A stretch of DNA of 64,000 nucleotides, taken from positions 544,001 through 608,000 of the forward strand of contig CAVZQN010000003.1 of assembly GCA_963777505.1 (NCBI GenBank). Direction: 5' to 3'. Below the pieces are notes generated by a model. It was not told the origin of the DNA, ran no database searches, and worked only from the letters and a program-made list of their open reading frames with translations. A program made the translations under genes and the position numbers. Each line of letters starts with the position of its first letter. Position 1 is the stretch's first letter. This document shows positions 23,994 to 32,716 of this stretch, one piece after another. This stretch comes from an uncultured bacterium (GTDB lineage: Bacteria; Acidobacteriota; HRBIN11; JAKEFK01).

Positions 23994-26863
23994 TTAGAAT
24001 ACGATGCGGAAACCGAGCTGAGCAAGGCGCTGTTCACCTTGTCCTGGATCACCCGCAAAGGTGTTCGGGAGTACCGAAACCAGGATCATTCAGATCGCCG
24101 TTGATTTCATTTCCGCCCTGACGATTCGCTGCAGGATTGTCACTGTTGAAGACGTTGAACAATTCGAAGATTCCTTCGACTCGGAACGTATCTCCAAACT
24201 GGAAGAACTTGCTAACGCGAAGATCAAGTTGGTTAAATGAATCACCACGTTCAGCATTCACATTTGCTTCGGGCGTATCATAATTCAATCCATCGCCATT
24301 CAGATCTGTTGTAACAAAAGTATTAAATGGCTTGGCTGAATTTGCACGGAAGAATCCGGAAACCGTGAAACCCCATGGTAGATCATCCGCTATACCCGCG
24401 ATCACGAAACGATGACGAGCATCAGGCGTAAGAGGTCCAACCATTCTTGGATCATCTTGTGGCCCGATTCTGAAATCGAGTGAGCAATGTGTGCAAACTA
24501 CCAGGTGAACCCAGTCTGAATTCATCGGAACCGGGCAGGATGTTTCCTTCAACTTTTGAAAGAGTGTAGGAACCCTGGAATTGGAAGCCACGTGTTAAAC
24601 GCTGACGATAGCTTACGTTTAGGCCATCATAGTCACTAAAACCACCCGGCATATAGATGCGAGGACCTGACCCGAAATTCGGAAGCATTCTAGGACCACC
24701 GATATCTGGTGCTACCGTTGAATTTGAAACGGATATATTGATCGTTGACTGCAACGTGAACGTAATCTACGTCCAGTGCTGCATCGTTTCCAATTTGTCT
24801 GCTTACACCAGCTGAAAATTGATTCGTATACGGGATTTTCCAATTAGGTGATAACACATCGTTTGGTGCTGCAAGGGCGCCGCCTTGATTCGGAGGAAGC
24901 GGATCTCCAGGTTGGAAGAAACTGCCATCCGGATTTCGGATGCCTGCAGGATCGTTTACGTTAGTGTAGATAGAACCGAATCCACCTAGAGGCCGCTTGC
25001 GGGAAGAGAAGGTTCGCATTCGTATAGGGGAAATCGTAATAGAGACCCCATCCACCACGAATTACTGTTTCTCCATCGCCAGCTACATCATAAGCTGCAC
25101 CTAGACGAGGCTGAAAATTGTCGTTGTCCATTTCAATGCTGCCATCAGCACTATCTTGAAATGGTTGCAGCCATGAGAAGTCAAATTGAGAGTTATGAAG
25201 GTCCTGGAACAAAGTGCTGGGCGATTGATTGATTTCCAGGCCTGATACATAGTCATAACGCAGACCTAAATTAAATGTGAGTCTGTCATTTATGTTCCAA
25301 TCATCCTGGAAATACAATCCATACTGATCATTGGGAGTCGAATCTCCGAAAAATCCGCCATTGATGTTGATGTTGACGATCGGAGAATCGCGTTCCGGAC
25401 CCAGGTGATCAAAACGGGGAACTGTACCTGTTGTAAATGAACCTCCGAGAGTCGGTTCATGCACATAGTTGATGCCCACTTTGAAATGATGCCCACCCAT
25501 ACTTAATGAGAAGTCATCTTTAAATTGATACTTTTCCTGTGTTGTCGTTTGGGGAGTATTTGGGTTTTGACCTAAATACACGCCATTAGGAAAGACTTCT
25601 GTTGGATCTGAAGATGTTGGCAAAATCGCATTTTTAAAGTCGGCATATTGGAAAGTAAATTCATTCAACTTGTTATCGCTGATCAACGAAGTTGTGACTT
25701 GCCAGAATTGAATGAAAATCATTTCCTAGAATACCGCGCGCGTTTGCTGCGTATGTTGGAGCGGCACCATAGACGGTTTCGGTTTTTTGCTGACCATAGC
25801 GAACAGTCAGATACTGCTGCGGAGTCAGATTCGAAGTGCCTTTAACCGTATACAAAGTGTCCTTTGTTGGAAGAGGCACGGTCCCATCTAATTCGGGAGC
25901 AGTTCCTAAAGTATTAACAACCGATTCCTGGTCCGTTTGTGATCGTTCAATTGCGATGAAGAAGTGTGCTCTATCACGAACGATTGGTCCACCGAAAGAA
26001 CCACCAAATTGTTCGCGACTGTAAGCTGCTGGATCATCCAGACCTGTTTCTTCTTCAGTCGTTGTAAGCGAATTTAATGCGTCATCGCGGAACAACGAGA
26101 AAAAGGATCCATGAAGATCATTGGTTCCAGATTTGGTAACAACGTTCAATACACCGCCGCTTGAACGTCCATATTCAGCTTTGTAACGGTTTGTTAACAA
26201 ATTGAATTCAGCGATGGATTCCAACGAATAGAATTGATTAATTCCACCAACGGTATCGTCATTGTTATCGCCGCCATCAACTGTTACGTTCATGTTGCGG
26301 CCGCTGCCGCCGATCAAACTAACCGCTAAATTGCTCGGTCTTGTTGGATCGGGATGCACTGTAAGAGTTGTGCCGGGAGCCAATGCGCCTAAGTTTGCAA
26401 ATTGGCGTCCATTCAACGGTAGATTTTCCACCTGTTCCGGTGTTACTACAGTTGCGATGTGTGATTCTGTTGTTTCAATTAAAGGTGTTTCACCCGTAAT
26501 TTCCATTGTTTCGGCTGTGGCAGAAAGTTTCATTCCGAAATCAATGCTAACAGTACGTCCGACATCTAAGCGGATACCTTTTTGAATTGTAGTTGCGAAT
26601 CCTTGAAGTTGGGCCGTGATGTCATATGTTCCAAATGGAAGAGATGGCATCCGGTAAACTCCGGATTCATCCGTGACATCGTTTCGTTCAAGCCCTGTAT
26701 CAAGATTCTTTGCTGACACGGAGACGCCGGGTAATGGATTCCCCTGGTCATCATTGACCGCGCCGGTCAAATTTGAAGAAGCCACCTGTGCAAATGCGTT
26801 AAACGAAGTTAGTACGCATAAGATCAGAATGGCCGTGGATAATAATAGCCACGGTCTTTTCAT
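23994..26863 (-). pseudogene. Oar-type TonB-dependent receptor with carboxypeptidase-regulatory-like N-domain, broken by five +1 frameshifts (probably assembly errors)
   Basis: GGAGG RBS then MKRPWLL signal peptide; LPLNGRQFANL, YKAEYGRSSGG, TKSGTNDLHGS, QDDWNINDRLTFNLGLRYD, FQPRLG; ends RLAQLGFRIVF. Six segments, each shifted by +1; 2870-5 is divisible by 3. Confidence 0.85.
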
Positions 26864-26993
26864 AGAATTTCCTCCTGAAGGAATAAGAAAGAACAGTTGC
26901 ATGTTTCTAATTGGATTAACGTTATCATAGCACGGGACTTCCCAACCCTGCTTCAATTGATTCCGAGGGATAACGTCATACACCCTATGGACA

Positions 26994-27008
26994 GCAAGTC
27001 TTGTACCA
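26994..27008 (-). promoter_or_regulatory. Putative sigma54 (-24/-12) promoter of the TonB receptor
   Basis: Minus strand TGGTAC-AAGAC-TTGC, about 130 bp upstream of the ATG. Confidence 0.55.
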
Positions 27009-27126
27009 CGCATTACACGAGGGCCAACTGTCGAAAATCACCTCTGTACCACCGTTTTTGTGGTACGAAATGTTTGGATAATCCTAAAACCAATCCAATA
27101 AATTGGATGGACTCCATATCTTCGTA

Positions 27127-29208
27127 TCAGGATGGATTTCGAGAGGAGATTTGATTTAGTAGGAGTTGGGCATTTTCTCGGTCACGTTTCATCCAGGCAG
27201 GCGCAATTTTCAGGAAGGCGCTGTATAGAGTGCGAGCCTTATTGATTTCCCCCAGGGTGTGATACGCGATACCAAGATTTAGATAAACTTCGACGAAAGT
27301 TTTATCCAGATCAATGGCTTTTTCTAAATAAGGCAAAGCATCACGAGTTTTACCTTCCCGGATTAAAACAGTAGCCAGTCCGTTGAGTGGGTACGCATAT
27401 TTCGGAGATAAACGAATCGATTCCTTATAAGCTTTCTTAGCGTCTTCGAAACGTCCAATTTCACGCAACGCATTGCCATAGTTATTCCATGCAACTGCAT
27501 TATTGGGGTCTAACTGTAGAACTTTGATGAATTGCTTTTCTGCTTCTTCAAATTGACCCGTATCAACCAGCAGCATCCCTAATACACCTTGAGCATCCGA
27601 GCGATTCGGATTGATCGCGATGGATGCTTGCTGCGCTTTCATTGCTTCTTGATAATTTCCCAATTCTTTATAAGTCAGCGCGAGGTTTTGATATGCATTT
27701 TCATCTGCAGGATCAACCTGGATTGCTTTTTGTAAATGTTCAAGCGCAGGAATCAATTTCTTTTCTTGAAGATACTTGGAAGCAAGCGCAATCCGGAAAA
27801 AGTTATTTTCAGGTTCAGCAGCAGTCAGTTCTTCCAATATTTTGAAGCCTTCATCTTTTTTATCGTTCGGAAGAAAAGAAACACGCTCATATTTTTGCCA
27901 AACACCGATTTTGTCTTTTGGGTCAGCATTACTTCTTTTGGTGGATGCGTTCGTTGCTCCGATGTATCCAAGACTCTTTAGCTTTTCAAGTGTTTCTGCA
28001 TCAGGACCTTTAGCGTTTGATGGATTCGTATCGGTGTAAGACTTTGAAAGTTCATCTTTTAGTTTTGTGGTGATACTTTGCTCTTGTGAAAATTTGTTTT
28101 GATTTTCATTGGGATCAGATCGCCAATCGTATAGTTCAGAGCGTGTTGTTGAAATCAGTTTCCAATTATTTCTGATTAATCCCTGTAGGCCATTCCAACC
28201 CAGCAATTCCGGATATCTTGATTCAAAATAAATATCCTTGGTGCGTTCTGTGGAGTCCAGCAAAGTTAGGAGATTTTCGCCATGGCGTGCAGTTGAATCA
28301 GCGATTCCAGACAGAGCGAACAGCGTTGGAACAACATCAACGGTAGCTGTCGCAAGTTTAACTCGCTTATTTTTTGGCGCGCCGGGGAATGTTATGAGGA
28401 ATGGAATTTTCAATGTGCTGTTGTATGTGAAAAACCCGTGAGTGGCTTCTTTATGCTCGCCCAGACTCTCTCCGTGATCGCCAATGATTGTAGTAATCAG
28501 GTTCTGGTCTTTATTGTTGTTTCTTAGCCAATTTAGAATTTCACCGATTTGACTATCAACAAATTGAACCTCGCCTGCGTAATTTTTGTAAGGTTCAGGC
28601 GGAGCATACGGTGTATGCGGATCATAATAATGAAGCCAGAGGAACCATGGCTTTTCATTGAAATTCTGAAGGATTTGAATACCGCTGGCAGTCACCTCAT
28701 TCCCAGGACGTTCGACTTCGAAGTTTGAAGAGACTCCTGGTTGCCGTTCCATCTGATCATCATAAATATCAAAATCGGAATTCAATCCAAATTTTCGGTC
28801 CAGCACAAATGAAGAAACGACAGCTCCTGTTTGATATCCATGTTTTTTCAATTCATGGGTAATTAATGATTCAGGCTGCGCAAAAATTTCCAATCCGTTG
28901 TTATGAATGCCATGTTTTGATGGGAACATGCCGGAGAGGATCGATGTATGAGATGGGAAGGTCAATGGAACTTGACTGAAAGCATTCTCAAACAAGATCC
29001 CGTTTTTTGCGATTTCGTCAAGGTTGGGGGTTTTATTTTTTCCGCCATAACAGGAAAGATGATCCGGTCGGATCGTATCGATAGTGATAAGAAGAATATT
29101 GGGATTTTGCAGCGGACTAAATCGTCCGGCTTTGTCACGAAAAAATAAGAAATAGCCTGCAAGTGTCAAAACAGCCAGTACAAGAATCAACAGAATCTTT
29201 TTTGTCAT
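27127..29208 (-). CDS. Sulfatase-like hydrolase with C-terminal TPR repeats
   Basis: N-terminal anchor MTKKILL; PNILLITIDTIRPD, LTFPSH, HYYDPH, GDHGE, LKSLGYI; about 6 TPRs. Confidence 0.88.
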   Translation of the reverse strand: MTKKILLILVLAVLTLAGYFLFFRDKAGRFSPLQNPNILLITIDTIRPDHLSCYGGKNKTPNLDEIAKNGILFENAFSQVPLTFPSHTSILSGMFPSKHGIHNNGLEIFAQPESLITHELKKHGYQTGAVVSSFVLDRKFGLNSDFDIYDDQMERQPGVSSNFEVERPGNEVTASGIQILQNFNEKPWFLWLHYYDPHTPYAPPEPYKNYAGEVQFVDSQIGEILNWLRNNNKDQNLITTIIGDHGESLGEHKEATHGFFTYNSTLKIPFLITFPGAPKNKRVKLATATVDVVPTLFALSGIADSTARHGENLLTLLDSTERTKDIYFESRYPELLGWNGLQGLIRNNWKLISTTRSELYDWRSDPNENQNKFSQEQSITTKLKDELSKSYTDTNPSNAKGPDAETLEKLKSLGYIGATNASTKRSNADPKDKIGVWQKYERVSFLPNDKKDEGFKILEELTAAEPENNFFRIALASKYLQEKKLIPALEHLQKAIQVDPADENAYQNLALTYKELGNYQEAMKAQQASIAINPNRSDAQGVLGMLLVDTGQFEEAEKQFIKVLQLDPNNAVAWNNYGNALREIGRFEDAKKAYKESIRLSPKYAYPLNGLATVLIREGKTRDALPYLEKAIDLDKTFVEVYLNLGIAYHTLGEINKARTLYSAFLKIAPAWMKRDRENAQLLLNQISSRNPS

Positions 29209-29237
29209 GTTTCTTTGTAAGCGTAAACTATGAATAA

Positions 29238-29540
29238 ATGAACTTCCAACTTCGAGCCGAATTCTTAGGCAAAACTGAAGCTGAAATCCGCGAAGAGATG
29301 GCTTCAGCTCTCGGTAGAATCGGCAAAAGACTTGAAACACTCATATCTGAATTACATCATCATCAAAAACACCTGGCTTCTTGTCACGAAAAAGAAAAAG
29401 AACGTCAAATCAAAAAATACCAGAATACCCACCGTGAAGCTCGTCTTTATTACTGGTATTTGATGATCCAACGTGAATCGATCGGATTGAGAAATCATGA
29501 TCTATTGTCGGAGTTATATCCTATTCCACCAATACTGTAA
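29238..29540 (+). CDS. Small helical hypothetical protein
   Basis: 100-aa ORF filling the gap between genes; coiled-coil-like, with WYLMIQRESIGL. Confidence 0.6.
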   Translation: MNFQLRAEFLGKTEAEIREEMASALGRIGKRLETLISELHHHQKHLASCHEKEKERQIKKYQNTHREARLYYWYLMIQRESIGLRNHDLLSELYPIPPIL

Positions 29541-29585
29541 TAGGGGCTTCGCAATCATTTAGTAAAACGATTATTATAGACGTCT

Positions 29586-30164
29586 ATGGAAGCTGCGGAA
29601 TTTATCGAGAACGCTCAAGGTTGTTTAAAGCAGGTTGATGAGCTGCGTCAGGAAAAGCAGGCAATCGGCAGCCCCAAAGTGAAGGCATGGAAGACGGAAG
29701 TCGAACAGATTTTGCGTTCCGGCGGCAAGAATACTACAAAGTTGCTGCACAGTTTTATGAATCTGAAATTTGGTGCGAGTCCGATGGGTACCGAAGCTAT
29801 AGCGGGTGATCCAGTTAAGTTTCAAGCCTATCAAGCCGAATTAGATACAGCTGAAAAGCTTTTGAAGAGTGCTATTCAAACAATACAGATTTTTGGGATT
29901 ACTGAAGCACCAAAACTTCCTGACTGGGTAAAACAAGAACTCAAGGCTAGTGGTGTAATTCGTCTAGGTGCAAAAGAAGTTGATATCAAAAATGTTACAG
30001 TCCATGAATTCCTGACCGCCATGGTTGAATTATCGGAAGCAGATGGAAGTCTTGATGAAACGTTAAAAAAGGAAATGTCGCAGCGATTGGAATCGTTAAA
30101 GAAACACCCCCTCCTTTCCCCATTTCTTAATCAAACCATCGACAAAGTCTTCTCCAAACTCTAA
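29586..30164 (+). CDS. Hypothetical protein
   Basis: 192-aa helical ORF with normal amino-acid composition. Confidence 0.65.
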   Translation: MEAAEFIENAQGCLKQVDELRQEKQAIGSPKVKAWKTEVEQILRSGGKNTTKLLHSFMNLKFGASPMGTEAIAGDPVKFQAYQAELDTAEKLLKSAIQTIQIFGITEAPKLPDWVKQELKASGVIRLGAKEVDIKNVTVHEFLTAMVELSEADGSLDETLKKEMSQRLESLKKHPLLSPFLNQTIDKVFSKL

Positions 30165-30175
30165 CCACTGTTTTT

Positions 30176-30615
30176 CACCACGGAGTCACGGAGAGCACGG
30201 AGATAAAAATTCATAGGACTAATCGTCGTAATCCTTGTTTTAGAAAACGACATTTGAAGTTCAAGATTAAGCCGATATGGATGCCTGACATCTTAAGATA
30301 AGTAAGTAATTGCGCTTCATGAATTGGCAAGATTGTGTCCACATTCTTTATCTCAAGAATGACCTTATTACTGACCACAATGTCTATCCGGTAGCCATAA
30401 CTAAATTCCAAGCCCTTGTATTTCACTGGAAGCCGTCTCTGACGTTCAACTGTAAGACCGCAATTTCTTAGTTCATAGCAAAGACATTCCTCATAAATCG
30501 ATTCTAAGAGCCCAGGTCCTAGTGATCGATGAACTTCGATTGCCGCAGCAATTATTTTCTTAGTTAATTCTTCTTCATAAATCATTTTCTCCGTGCTCTC
30601 CGTGACTCCGTGGTG
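30176..30615. repeat. Perfect 28-bp inverted repeat pair bracketing GxxExxY gene 1
   Basis: CACCACGGAGTCACGGAGAGCACGGAGA (30176-30203) and its exact reverse complement (30588-30615). Confidence 0.95.
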
Positions 30616-30621
30616 GTTCAA
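30211..30621 (-). CDS. GxxExxY protein (PD-(D/E)XK nuclease-like)
   Basis: VHRSLGPGLLESIYEECL, YRIDIVV, LEIK, AQLLTYLK, GLILNF. Start is either TTG 30621 (coupled to the comM stop) or ATG 30585. Confidence 0.93.
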   Translation of the reverse strand: MNHHGVTESTEKMIYEEELTKKIIAAAIEVHRSLGPGLLESIYEECLCYELRNCGLTVERQRRLPVKYKGLEFSYGYRIDIVVSNKVILEIKNVDTILPIHEAQLLTYLKMSGIHIGLILNFKCRFLKQGLRRLVL

Positions 30622-32147
30622 TACTGGTCGATGGATCGATACTGGATAGCTTCGGATAAATACTGTGTTTTGATGTCGTTCGAACTATCTAAGTCGGCAA
30701 TCGTACGGGACACTTTCAGGATCCGATGATATGCCCGAGCACTGAGATGAAATTTTCGGATGGCTTTTTCCATGAGTTGCAAACAAGAATCATCCAGTTT
30801 GCAATATTGTTTGATTAATTTTGCCGGGATTTGTGAATTGCTGAACAATCGATGCTTGCGATACCTTTCGAGTTGAGTATTCCGAGCGTTACAAATGCGG
30901 GTGCGAATGAGTTGAGACGACTCAGACTCAAAATTTTCCGAAAGAAGTTCTTGCGACTTTACAGCCGGAATATCAAGATGAATGTCGAAACGATCCAATA
31001 ATGGTCCCGATATTCGCGCGAGATATCGCTGGAGTTGTTGGTTTGTGCACTTACAGCTACGATCCGGCACACCATAATATCCACACGGACAAGGATTCAT
31101 GGCACCCATCAGCATGAAACGGGATGGATATTCTACAGAACCTGAGGCGCGTGAAATTCGGATGGTTCCATTCTCAAGTGGTTGTCTTAGAATTTCCAAA
31201 ATGCTTTTGCCGAATTCTGGAAGTTCATCCAAAAACAACACACCATTATGCGCCAATGAAATCTCACCAGGCCGCGGATTACTTCCACCACCGGCTAATC
31301 CTGCATAACTGATTGTGTGATGTGGTGCGCGAAATGGTCTGCTGCGCATCAAGCCATCAGTGCCGAGTAATCCCGCAACGGAATACACTTTTGAAGTTTC
31401 AACAGCTTCTTCAAATGTGAGAGATGGCAGAATGCTTGGCACCCGTTGAGCAAGTAGAGTTTTACCGGCGCCGGGAGGTCCGATCATCAGGACATTGTGT
31501 CCGCCTGCCGCAGCGACTTCCAATGCACGTTTTGCATGATATTGTCCTTTCACTTCCGAAAAATCAACGGGATAATTCATGTTTGTGTTCTGATCAGTGA
31601 ATGGCTTTACCTGTAATTTTTCGATGCCTTCGCGTTTGCTTAAAAACTCAGCTGCTTCGATTAACGAATTGACTGGAAAAACACTGGCACCATCAATCAT
31701 GGCTGCCTCTGAAGCATTCTCACGCGGAATTAGAAGGTTAGGAATTCTCAGTTTTCTCGCGAGAATCACAAACGCAAGAATGCCACATACCGGCCGCACC
31801 CTTCCTTCAAGTGAAAGTTCGCCAAGAATTAAGAATTGATCGAAAGCAGGAGGTTTAATCTGATCTGAGGCAGCCAGTATTCCAAGTGCAATCGGTAAAT
31901 CGAAGTAAGGTCCTTCTTTTCGCAAATTCCCTGGCCCAAGATTGACCGTGATCGTACGGCTCGGGATGTAATATCCGCAGTTGCCGATTGCAACCCGGAC
32001 GCGCTGCTGACTTTCCTTTACAGCAGTATCCGGCAAACCAACCGTGAACCACTTTGAATCGACTCCGGTATAGCGTAATGCTACTTCCACATCCACACGA
32101 TGCGCATCCAGGCCATCCACACAACCACTAATCAACTTCGCTACCAT
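30618..32147 (-). CDS. comM: YifB/ComM Mg-chelatase-like AAA+ ATPase
   Basis: VGLPDTAVKES, GPPGAGKT, PFRAPHHTIS, PGEISLAHNGVLFLDE, AMNPCPCG, SGPLLDRFD. Confidence 0.95.
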   Translation of the reverse strand: MVAKLISGCVDGLDAHRVDVEVALRYTGVDSKWFTVGLPDTAVKESQQRVRVAIGNCGYYIPSRTITVNLGPGNLRKEGPYFDLPIALGILAASDQIKPPAFDQFLILGELSLEGRVRPVCGILAFVILARKLRIPNLLIPRENASEAAMIDGASVFPVNSLIEAAEFLSKREGIEKLQVKPFTDQNTNMNYPVDFSEVKGQYHAKRALEVAAAGGHNVLMIGPPGAGKTLLAQRVPSILPSLTFEEAVETSKVYSVAGLLGTDGLMRSRPFRAPHHTISYAGLAGGGSNPRPGEISLAHNGVLFLDELPEFGKSILEILRQPLENGTIRISRASGSVEYPSRFMLMGAMNPCPCGYYGVPDRSCKCTNQQLQRYLARISGPLLDRFDIHLDIPAVKSQELLSENFESESSQLIRTRICNARNTQLERYRKHRLFSNSQIPAKLIKQYCKLDDSCLQLMEKAIRKFHLSARAYHRILKVSRTIADLDSSNDIKTQYLSEAIQYRSIDQY

Positions 32148-32158
32148 AAATCCTCCTT

Positions 32159-32593
32159 TTAAGGGGCTTTTTTAACGCCGAGTACGCCGAGTAATTTTTT
32201 ATCCGGAAAGCCATTAACGATTCGGCTAATTCCCTGACGAAGTGACACAACATTGAAATTAATGAGCAGACCAACCTTACAATTCGAAAGTCTTAAATAA
32301 GAAAGAAGCTGTGCCTTATGAACAGGTAGGATTGACTCAATTGCTTTAACTTCAACAATGATTCTTTTTTGCACAAGCAAATCGATTCTGTATCCACAAT
32401 CAAGTCTTAGTTGATCAAATACAACAGGCAGTTGTTTTTGTTTCTCGACACACAATCCTTTTTTGATAAGCACATGAGCAAGACAGGCTTCATAAGCTGA
32501 TTCGAGTAACCCTGGACCAAGCTTGGTATGCACGTAAATCGCTCCCCCTATTATTTTTTCCGTGAGCTGATCTAGCTCTTCACTTTCATTCAT
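32159..32593 (-). CDS. GxxExxY protein (PD-(D/E)XK nuclease-like)
   Basis: VHTKLGPGLLESAYEACL, YRIDLLV, VEVK, AQLLSYLR, GLLINF. Confidence 0.93.
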   Translation of the reverse strand: MNESEELDQLTEKIIGGAIYVHTKLGPGLLESAYEACLAHVLIKKGLCVEKQKQLPVVFDQLRLDCGYRIDLLVQKRIIVEVKAIESILPVHKAQLLSYLRLSNCKVGLLINFNVVSLRQGISRIVNGFPDKKLLGVLGVKKAP

Positions 32594-32624
32594 CTAATAC
32601 CTCGGCGTACTCGGCGTTAAAAAA
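32168..32624. repeat. Perfect 24-bp inverted repeat pair bracketing GxxExxY gene 2
   Basis: TTTTTTAACGCCGAGTACGCCGAG (32168-32191) and CTCGGCGTACTCGGCGTTAAAAAA (32601-32624). Confidence 0.95.
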
Positions 32625-32652
32625 TAAGAAGAACCGCAAAGACGCAGAAAAT

Positions 32653-32694
32653 AAAAAAGGCGGGTGGGCCGGATAAACCGGCCACAACCCGCCT
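32653..32694 (-). terminator. Rho-independent terminator after the lytic transglycosylase
   Basis: GC-rich hairpin AGGCGGGT..GGCCGG/CCGGCC..ACCCGCCT followed by a T6 tract on the minus strand. Confidence 0.75.
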
Positions 32695-32716
32695 AAAAAT
32701 TTTTAGTGCGACTTAC

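Noticed and set aside
30176-32624. Classical IS or composite transposon around comM
   Set aside because: No transposase, no target-site duplications, and the two cassettes have different repeats.
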